A stretch of DNA of 5,931 bases from Candidatus Firestoneibacteriota bacterium (GCA_043822305.1 JBDRBU010000125.1:1-5931); one strand, 5' to 3'. Positions 1-5,931 are shown, numbered from the stretch's first letter. The notes: generated by a model from the letters alone, not told the origin. Numbers and translations: made by a program.

Positions 1-34
1 TTACTTTAATTTTACTTTTATCAAAATTAACCAT
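1..34 (-). CDS. 5' end of a divergently transcribed gene (MVNFDKSKIKV..., runs off the window); product unknown
   Basis: Minus-strand ATG at 34..32, preceded by a perfect Shine-Dalgarno AGGAGGT (47..41) with a 6-nt spacer; the frame stays open to the window edge. Only 11 codons are visible. Confidence 0.7.
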   Translation of the reverse strand, partial: MVNFDKSKIKV

Positions 35-69
35 TTGGTAACCTCCTTTAAAAGGTATAAACTTTTTCC

Positions 70-98
70 TTTACATATAGGTTACCATATTATATACT
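70..98 (+). promoter_or_regulatory. candidate sigma70/sigmaA promoter (TTTACA-17-TATACT)
   Basis: TTTACA at 70-75 and TATACT at 93-98 are each 5/6 to consensus with a 17-nt spacer. The region is very AT-rich, so a chance match is possible. Confidence 0.4.
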
Positions 99-120
99 AT
101 ATATAATAAAAAATATTACA

Positions 121-149
121 TTAAACTTGAGGAAGTCTCTAATTATAAT
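121..149 (+). promoter_or_regulatory. alternative candidate promoter directly upstream of the leader RNA
   Basis: Perfect TATAAT at 144-149, which would put the TSS near 156, just before the aptamer. The -35 at 17-nt spacing is weak (TTAAAC, 121-126). Confidence 0.4.
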
Positions 150-162
150 ACATAGTAGATTT

Positions 163-220
163 GGGTCCTGAAGTTATATATAAACCTTCAGGAGGGGCAT
201 CATAGATGGTCGGGCCGCCA
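163..220 (+). ncRNA. putative alkali-cation riboswitch aptamer, nhaA-I motif-like (Li+-I / Na+-II classes)
   Basis: GC-rich island in an AT-rich leader. It reads GGGU, then a perfect 8-bp stem TCCTGAAG(166-173)/CTTCAGGA(186-193), GGGG, a small hairpin CATC(198-201)/GATG(205-208), then GGTCGGGCCGCC (208-219). That tail matches my recollection of the nhaA-I consensus 3' end. It overlaps a terminator, and the operon contains a DUF1646 gene, a known association of Na+-sensing riboswitches. Class assignment is from memory. Confidence 0.7.
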
Positions 221-253
221 TCCAATTAAATGATTGGGTGGCGGTTTTTATTT
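214..253 (+). terminator. intrinsic terminator/attenuator (riboswitch expression platform)
   Basis: 13-bp stem GCCGCCATCCAAT(214-226)/ATTGGGTGGCGGT(233-245) with two G-U pairs and a 6-nt loop, followed by TTTTATTT (246-253), immediately before the RBS AGGAGG (254-259). Confidence 0.9.
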
Positions 254-263
254 AGGAGGATTA

Positions 264-1913
264 TTGAAGAGCGTTAGAATTATAAAAGACAAAATTATAC
301 TGGGTGCAACTATAGGTAATTGTGTTCATGTAGCGGGTATATTAAATTTTTTACAGCTGGCTGAAACTGAAGGCTGTAAAACTATATTTTTAGGCAATGC
401 TATTACTATTAATAATTTAATTATTTCAATAAAGAAGATAAAACCCGATATTGTTGCTATAAGTTATCGGTTGACCCCTGAATCAGCTCAAAAGATATTT
501 AATGAATTAAAAAAGAAGGCAAAAGGACTAAAAACAGAATTTATTTTTGGTGGTACTAAGCCTGTTGCAGAAATAGCAGCAAAAACTGGTATATTTTCTA
601 AAGTTTTTACAGGTGAAGAATCAATTCAGGAGATAAAAAATTATTTAAGAGGAGTTAAAGATGACAAAAAAGGTAAATATTTTGCTGACAATCTTGTAGA
701 CAGAATAAACGCGTTATATCCGTATCCATTGATTAGACATCATTATGGCAGACCTACTTTGAAAGAAACAATAAAGGGCGCAAAGTTAATAGCTGAGTCA
801 AAAGCATTGGATATATTGTCTCTTGGTCCTGATCAAAATGCACAGGAGCATTTTTTTCATCCTGAAGAAATGGATAAGAAACAAGATGGAGCAGGCGGAG
901 TACCGTTAAGAAAACCAGAAGATTTAAAAGCGATATATAAAGCAAGCAGATGTGGAAATTTTCCTTTAATTCGTTGTTATGCAGGAACAACAGATTTGAT
1001 TAAGTGGGCGGAAATGTCAGTTAAAACTATTCATAATGCATGGGGAGCAATACCGTTATGTTGGTACAGTGTTTTAGATGGAAGATCAGAAAGGAGTTTG
1101 GAAGAAACAATAAGAGAAAATCAAGATGCTATAAAATGGTATGCGAGAAGAAAAATGCCAGTGGAGGTAAATGAATCTCATCAATGGAGTTTAAGAGATG
1201 CGCATGACAGTTTAGCAGTGGCCATGGCGTTTCTGGCTGCATATAGTGCCAGGGCATTAGGTGTAAAACATTATGTTTCTCAGTATATGTTTAATACCCC
1301 TCCAGGAACTTCTCCCAAAATGGATTTAGCAAAGATGTTAGCAAAAAAAGAAATGATAGAAAGTTTACAAGATAAAAATTTCAAGGTTTTTACCCAAGTC
1401 AGGGCAGGTTTAAGCAGTTTTTCTTCTGATATGGATATAGCTAAAGGACAGTTGTCTGCTTCTGCTGTATTAAGTTTAACGTTAAAACCTCATATATTAC
1501 ATGTTGTTGGTTTTAGTGAAGGAGATCATGCTGTTAAATCAGAAGAATTAATTGAAAGCTGTAAAATAATTCATGGAGTTTTAAAAAACTCTCTTTATGA
1601 TTTGCCTGATATGAAATTAGACCCTCAAGTTCAAAAAAGAAAAAAGGAATTAATAAAGGAAGCTAAAATTTTGTTAAAAGCAATAGCAAGTTTAAAAATG
1701 ACAGAAAAAGGAGATCCTCTAACAAATCCGAGAATTATTGCAAAAGCTATAAAGTTTGGGCTATTAGATGCTCCGCATTTAAAAGGTAATAAAGTGGCTA
1801 AAGGAGAAATTGCAACAAAAATAGTTAACGGTAAATGTGTTGCAATAAATATATTAACGGGTAAAATATTGAACGAAGCAGAACGTATAAAGAAAATAAT
1901 AGAGGAGAATTAG
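264..1913 (+). CDS. cobalamin (B12)-binding domain protein; probable single-chain AdoCbl-dependent mutase-like enzyme (N-terminal B12 Rossmann domain plus C-terminal glutamate-mutase-E-like barrel), ~549 aa
   Basis: N-terminal B12-binding motifs GNCVHVAG (DxHxxG-like), VAISYRL (SxL) and FIFGGT (GG). C-terminal segments LSLGPDQ, GGVP, CYAGTTD, PVEVNE, ARALGVK and FGLLDAP resemble glutamate mutase E subunit segments in the same order. Start moved to TTG 264 because RBS AGGAGG is at 254-259 and the ORF-track start 234 lies inside the terminator stem. Confidence 0.8.
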   Translation: MKSVRIIKDKIILGATIGNCVHVAGILNFLQLAETEGCKTIFLGNAITINNLIISIKKIKPDIVAISYRLTPESAQKIFNELKKKAKGLKTEFIFGGTKPVAEIAAKTGIFSKVFTGEESIQEIKNYLRGVKDDKKGKYFADNLVDRINALYPYPLIRHHYGRPTLKETIKGAKLIAESKALDILSLGPDQNAQEHFFHPEEMDKKQDGAGGVPLRKPEDLKAIYKASRCGNFPLIRCYAGTTDLIKWAEMSVKTIHNAWGAIPLCWYSVLDGRSERSLEETIRENQDAIKWYARRKMPVEVNESHQWSLRDAHDSLAVAMAFLAAYSARALGVKHYVSQYMFNTPPGTSPKMDLAKMLAKKEMIESLQDKNFKVFTQVRAGLSSFSSDMDIAKGQLSASAVLSLTLKPHILHVVGFSEGDHAVKSEELIESCKIIHGVLKNSLYDLPDMKLDPQVQKRKKELIKEAKILLKAIASLKMTEKGDPLTNPRIIAKAIKFGLLDAPHLKGNKVAKGEIATKIVNGKCVAINILTGKILNEAERIKKIIEEN

Positions 1914-1919
1914 CTTAAA

Positions 1920-3383
1920 ATGTGCGGAATAGTTGCTATACAAGGAAAACATACGGAAAAAGAATTGCATGAGATGGTCAAGATACTAAGGCATCGTGGA
2001 CCTGATGATAAAGGATTTTTTACAAAGGGAAATATTTCGCTTGGACAAACCCGCCTTTCTATTATAGATGTTGCAGGAGGACATCAGCCAATTTTCAACG
2101 AAGATAAAACCAAATGTATTGTTTTTAACGGGGAAATTTATAATTTTAGAATTTTAAAAGAACAATTAAAAAGAATACATAAGTTTTCTACAAAGACCGA
2201 TACTGAAATTATATTACATCTTTATGAAGAAGATGGTCCTGAATGTATTAAAAAGTTGGACGGAATGTTTACTTTTGCAATTTATGACAACGGTAAATTA
2301 TTTATAGGAAGGGATAGATTAGGGATTAAACCATTGTATTATGGTACCAAGGATAAAACAGTATATTTTGCATCTGAATTGAAAGCACTACTTCATTGTA
2401 GTTATATAACAACTTTTTTACCGGGATATTATTATACTTCCGATAAAGGTTGCGTAAAATATTATGAAATTCCTAAAGGTGTTTCAATCGGGACTTCGGA
2501 AGGAAATATCTTGAAAATGATAGAATCTCTATTAATTAAGGCGGTAGAAAAAAGATTAATGTCAGATGTTCCTGTCGGAGTATTTTTAAGTGGTGGGATT
2601 GATAGCAGTATAATTGCTGCGATTATGAGAAAAAGAATTCCCGGACTTCATTCTTTTTCTGTTGGAATGAAAGGTTCTAAGGATTTAGAGTATGCAAGAG
2701 AAGTCGCAAAGTTCCTTGACTTAAAACATTATGAGCTTGTTTATACTGTAGATGAGATGATTTTTGCATTGCCGGAAATAATTTATTACCTTGAATCATA
2801 TGATGCTCCTTTAGTTAGGAGTGCAATACCGTGTTATTTTGTATCTAAATTAGCACATCAACATGTTAAAGTAGTGTTAACAGGGGAAGGAGCAGATGAG
2901 TTATTCAGCGGTTATAAATACTTAAGTGAAATTAGGGACGAAAAAGCTCTTTTTGACGAACTTTTTAGAATAACTTATAACTTGCATAATACAAACCTTC
3001 AACGAGTTGATAGACTTACAATGGCTAATTCAGTTGAAGGCAGGGTGCCTTTTCTTGATATAGAATTTCTTACTTATATTTTTAGTATACCTGTTAAATT
3101 AAAATATAGTCATGAAAATCAGGAAAAAAGACTTTTAAGGGAAGCTTTTAAAGAATATTTACCAACCTCAATTGTAAACCGTCCAAAACAAAAGTTTTCA
3201 GATGGAGCAGGCTCGATGGAGGTTTTTAAAAAGATTGCGGAGGATCAAATAACTGATGATGATTTTAGAAAAGAGAATAATAATAAAGCAAGAACCAAGG
3301 AAGAATTGTTTTACTATAGAATTTTCAAAAAATTCTATCCTGATTCAATACTAAATTGTATAGGAAAAACAGAGGTGTTTTAA
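1920..3383 (+). CDS. asnB: asparagine synthetase B family glutamine-hydrolysing amidotransferase (487 aa)
   Basis: Ntn nucleophile MCGI, plus RGPD, RLSIID, FNGEIYN, PP-loop LSGGIDSS, GEGADELF and EGRVPFLD; GAGGAG at 1902-1907. The family is certain, but the physiological substrate is not. Confidence 0.93.
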   Translation: MCGIVAIQGKHTEKELHEMVKILRHRGPDDKGFFTKGNISLGQTRLSIIDVAGGHQPIFNEDKTKCIVFNGEIYNFRILKEQLKRIHKFSTKTDTEIILHLYEEDGPECIKKLDGMFTFAIYDNGKLFIGRDRLGIKPLYYGTKDKTVYFASELKALLHCSYITTFLPGYYYTSDKGCVKYYEIPKGVSIGTSEGNILKMIESLLIKAVEKRLMSDVPVGVFLSGGIDSSIIAAIMRKRIPGLHSFSVGMKGSKDLEYAREVAKFLDLKHYELVYTVDEMIFALPEIIYYLESYDAPLVRSAIPCYFVSKLAHQHVKVVLTGEGADELFSGYKYLSEIRDEKALFDELFRITYNLHNTNLQRVDRLTMANSVEGRVPFLDIEFLTYIFSIPVKLKYSHENQEKRLLREAFKEYLPTSIVNRPKQKFSDGAGSMEVFKKIAEDQITDDDFRKENNNKARTKEELFYYRIFKKFYPDSILNCIGKTEVF

Positions 3384-4528
3384 TGGCATATACAAAAGAT
3401 CAAAAACTTCAAAATTTCATTAAAAAAGTATCTGAAAAGGGCAAAACGATAAAATTCTGTGTTTTAGGTGCCGGGCATGGGGGACTTGCTATGGCGGGCC
3501 ATTTGGCAATAATGGGTTTTAGTGTTAATCTTTATAATAGAAGCGATGAAAGATTAAATGCAGTAAGATGGCATGGTGGGATTAAAGTGAAGGGTGAAGT
3601 CGAGGGGTTTGGTAAGATAGACTTGGCTACTTCTGATATAAAAGAAGCAGTAAAAGATGTTGATGTTTTAATGATTGCAGCTCCAGCGACAGCACATCGT
3701 TTTATTGCCGAAGGTGTAGCCCCGCATTTAAAAGACGGACAGATTATAATTTTAAATCCGGGAAGGACCGGCGGAACACTTGAATTTAGGAAAGTATTAA
3801 ATGATATGCAAGTTAAAACATCAGTGATCTTAGGAGAAGCACAAACTTTTATATATGCTTCAAGAGCAGTTTCTCGAGCAGAAGCGTATATTTTTACCAT
3901 TAAGAATGCTGTAGCAATTGCTACATTACCCGCATACTGGATTCCGGATGTTCTTTCCGTTTTAAAACAAGCATATCCGCAGTTTGTTGCAGGTGATAAT
4001 ATTCTAAAAACAAGCCTTGATAATGTTGGTGCTGTATTTCATCCTGCTTTAACTATTCTTAATGCGGGATGGATTGAAGAAACACACGGGAATTTTGATT
4101 ATTATTTACAGGGGGTTAGTCCTTCTGTTTCCAAAATATTGGAAGATATTGATAAGGAAAGAATATTAGTAGCTGAAAAATTAGGGATTAGAGTTCCTAC
4201 TGCAAGGGAATGGCTTTACTTGACTTATGATTCGGTAGGTAAAGATTTACATGAAGCAATACATGATACACCGGGTTATAGAGGTATAAAAGCACCAGAT
4301 AATATTAATCACAGATACATTTTCGAAGATGTTCCAATGAGTTTGGTGCCAATATCCTCAATAGGAGATATGTTAGGAGTTCCGACTCCAACAATAAAAT
4401 CTATTATATATTTTGCTTCTATTATGCATGGAGTTAATTACTGTAAAGAAGGAAGGACAGTAGAGAAGTTAGGGATAGCGGGATTAACTGTAAAAGAAAT
4501 AAGGCAGTTAGTTGTTGGAATAGAGTAA
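3383..4528 (+). CDS. NAD/NADP-dependent opine (octopine/nopaline) dehydrogenase family protein (~381 aa)
   Basis: Rossmann motif VLGAGHGG, then LNPGRTGG, NVGAVFHP (catalytic His position) and RYIFEDVP (catalytic Asp position), as in Arthrobacter opine dehydrogenase-like proteins. Start set at ATG 3383 (RBS GAGGTG 3373-3378; TAATG overlap with the asnB stop). Confidence 0.9.
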   Translation: MAYTKDQKLQNFIKKVSEKGKTIKFCVLGAGHGGLAMAGHLAIMGFSVNLYNRSDERLNAVRWHGGIKVKGEVEGFGKIDLATSDIKEAVKDVDVLMIAAPATAHRFIAEGVAPHLKDGQIIILNPGRTGGTLEFRKVLNDMQVKTSVILGEAQTFIYASRAVSRAEAYIFTIKNAVAIATLPAYWIPDVLSVLKQAYPQFVAGDNILKTSLDNVGAVFHPALTILNAGWIEETHGNFDYYLQGVSPSVSKILEDIDKERILVAEKLGIRVPTAREWLYLTYDSVGKDLHEAIHDTPGYRGIKAPDNINHRYIFEDVPMSLVPISSIGDMLGVPTPTIKSIIYFASIMHGVNYCKEGRTVEKLGIAGLTVKEIRQLVVGIE

Positions 4529-4546
4529 AAAAAGGAGGAAAAAGTT

Positions 4547-5248
4547 ATGAATATACAATTAACAGAGTTTAATTTATTATGGGAAAAGTTAGTTGAATAT
4601 TTTCCAAAAGTTGCAATAGGCTTAATTCTTTTCAGTATGGGTTTAGTTTTAGCAATTTTTTTAAGATTACTTGTTACAAAGTTGCTTGAATTGATAAGAT
4701 TTAATACTTTAAGCGATAAAACTGGAGTTTCAGAATTCTTAAGAAAAGGTCAGATTAATTATACACCTTCAAAACTTATAGGAAATATAATATTTTGGGC
4801 AATAATTATATTAATATTGTTTTTTATTGCAGATATATCAGGTATAAAGATATTAGGTCCTATGGTTGAAAAGATCGCAAATAATTTTCCAAACATTTTT
4901 GGTACAGTTATAACTTTAATTATTGGGAGTTTAATTGTAATATTTATTGGCAACTTTGTTCAGACAATAGCAAATAATGCTGCTTTTCCGCATGCTAATC
5001 TTTTATCCAGGGCAATAAAGTGGATAGGTATAATATTTGTTTTAATTCTTTCATTTGAAAATTTCAATATTGGATCTAAAACACTAGGGTCAACATTTCT
5101 TATAATTTTGGCAGCAATAGCTTTTGGAATTTCACTGGCATTTGGTATTGGCTGTAAAGACATTGCAAAAGATATAATGGAAAAATTTATACGAAATCTT
5201 GAGGAAAAAAGCAAAAAAGGACCTAAAGGTCCTGATTTAGAAGGTTAA
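4547..5248 (+). CDS. TM_helix-repeat integral membrane protein (CmpX-like / small-conductance mechanosensitive channel-associated), 233 aa
   Basis: RBS AGGAGG at 4533-4538; about 5 hydrophobic segments. Two copies of the TM_helix pattern (LVEYFPKVAIGLILFSMG; IANNFPNIFGTVITLIIG) and a C-terminal LAFGIGCKDIA resembling the LAFGLGGRD motif. No cytoplasmic MscS cage domain. Confidence 0.75.
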   Translation: MNIQLTEFNLLWEKLVEYFPKVAIGLILFSMGLVLAIFLRLLVTKLLELIRFNTLSDKTGVSEFLRKGQINYTPSKLIGNIIFWAIIILILFFIADISGIKILGPMVEKIANNFPNIFGTVITLIIGSLIVIFIGNFVQTIANNAAFPHANLLSRAIKWIGIIFVLILSFENFNIGSKTLGSTFLIILAAIAFGISLAFGIGCKDIAKDIMEKFIRNLEEKSKKGPKGPDLEG

Positions 5249-5263
5249 TCATAAAGGAGAAAA

Positions 5264-5347
5264 ATGGCTGAATATATCCTTTTAGGGATAATGTTTGCAA
5301 TAGCGGTTGTTATGTTTATTGCCATAAAAAGAAGCGAGAAAAAGTAA
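5264..5347 (+). CDS. small single-pass membrane peptide, 27 aa (MAEYILLGIMFAIAVVMFIAIKRSEKK); absent from the ORF track
   Basis: AAGGAG at 5254-5259, ATG 5264, TAA 5345-5347. A 17-residue uninterrupted hydrophobic stretch is followed by a basic tail, and the ORF fills the gap between two operon genes. Confidence 0.7.
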   Translation: MAEYILLGIMFAIAVVMFIAIKRSEKK

Positions 5348-5387
5348 AACACAAATATTATCTTGTAAAAAAGGGGCATAATCCATA

Positions 5388-5789
5388 ATGGTTATATGGC
5401 TATTAGTACTATTATTATCAATCTTTATCCTTCCATTTTTATATAAAAAGATAGAAAAAGAATTAGAAATATTTCTTTTTTTAATGGGAATTCTTTCTCT
5501 AACTATTACTTCTCAATGGAGCTTGCATTTAATACAAGAAAGCCTAATAGAGCCAATAAAAATTACTTTAACAGTTTTTATAGCAGGAATATTATTCAAA
5601 CTAGTTCAAAAACCACTTGACGAGAATCTAAATATTATAGTTAAAAAATTAGGAATGAAATATTTTATATTTTTACTTGTGGCGGGCTTAGGATTATTTT
5701 CGAGTGTAATAACTGCAATAATATCGGCTTTAATCTTAGTCGAAATAATAAGTTGGTACCGTCCTGAATCTTTGACCTACACATCTTAA
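5388..5789 (+). pseudogene. DUF1646 family membrane protein (putative cation transporter), apparently 3'-truncated
   Basis: Family-typical N-terminus LPF..KKIEKELEIFLFLMG, EPIKIT..V..AG and GLFSSVITAIISALILVEII. Resemblance ends at VEIIS (~5753), followed by an unrelated tail WYRPESLTYTS*. It is 133 aa against roughly 330-350 aa as I recall for intact members. Confidence 0.7.
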
Positions 5790-5931
5790 CCAATTCAAGC
5801 CCTCTTTCTATTGTAGCATATCTCATTTTTTTCAAATTGTCAAGAACTTTTTTCTTTTTCTTTTTTACTTTTTTTGTTTTTATTAGCCATCCTTACTAAA
5901 ATTTGCCCTCAAATTGCCCTTTAAACCAACG
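5755..5931. mobile_element. possible end of an inserted element (or assembly junction) interrupting the DUF1646 gene
   Basis: Abrupt loss of coding resemblance and a switch to a T/C-rich + strand. The segment begins GGTACCGTCCTGAATCTTTGACCTACAC, reminiscent of IS terminal inverted repeats. No transposase or partner repeat is visible in the window. Confidence 0.35.
5810..5843 (-). promoter_or_regulatory. candidate minus-strand promoter pointing back into the operon
   Basis: Perfect TTGACA (5843..5838), 17-nt spacer, TATGCT (5820..5815), plus an overlapping extended -10 TGcTACAAT (5818..5810). Confidence 0.5.

Noticed and set aside
163..253. Cobalamin, SAM-I or T-box identity for the leader RNA
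   Set aside because: It is too short and lacks the B12-box, the SAM-I AUCCAGAG-like core and the T-box UGGNACC motif.
234..263. ORF-track start of ORF1 at TTG 234
   Set aside because: It lies inside the terminator stem with no SD; the apparent RBS is at 254-259.
754..990. Minus-strand 78-aa ORF
   Set aside because: Antisense shadow wholly inside a well-supported CDS, with no recognisable motif.
264..1913. Calling ORF1 methionine synthase (metH) or a B12-radical SAM enzyme
   Set aside because: No homocysteine-, pterin- or AdoMet-binding modules are recognisable, and there is no CxxxCxxC motif.
3356..3382. ORF-track start of the opine dehydrogenase at 3356
   Set aside because: It overlaps the asnB coding end; ATG 3383 has an SD (GAGGTG) and a TAATG coupling arrangement.
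3532..3900. Minus-strand 122-aa ORF
   Set aside because: Antisense shadow of the opine dehydrogenase, with composition typical of reverse-frame artefacts.
1920..4528. Known pathways: NAGGN synthesis or staphylopine/pseudopaline synthesis
   Set aside because: The window has no Ngg-type acetyltransferase, nicotianamine synthase-like gene or metallophore ABC transporter.
4759..5214. Two minus-strand ORFs (64 and 84 aa)
   Set aside because: Antisense shadows of the membrane protein gene, with no independent support.
5898..5921. Imperfect tandem repeat AAATTTGCCCTC / AAATTGCCCTT
   Set aside because: Only two short copies at the window edge; insufficient to call a functional repeat or CRISPR array.

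Overview
AT-rich bacterial window holding a + strand operon-like run. In order: (1) a single-chain cobalamin-binding protein that appears to be a divergent glutamate-mutase-like enzyme, (2) a glutamine-hydrolysing asparagine synthetase family amidotransferase, (3) an NAD(P)-dependent opine (octopine/nopaline) dehydrogenase family protein, (4) a TM_helix-repeat (CmpX/MscS-associated) membrane protein, (5) an unannotated 27-aa single-TM peptide, and (6) a DUF1646 membrane protein that seems to break off at ~5755. After that point the sequence looks foreign and carries a minus-strand promoter. The leader (163-253) is a structured RNA ending in GGUCGGGCCGCC, which I recall as the nhaA-I-type (Li+-I/Na+-II) cation riboswitch signature. 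Its 3' end overlaps an intrinsic terminator, implying an ON switch. The most interesting reading, which is inference, is an alkali-cation/salt-induced operon making an undescribed small molecule, possibly a compatible solute. A divergent gene starts at 34 on the minus strand. All family calls come from motif recognition; no searches were run.
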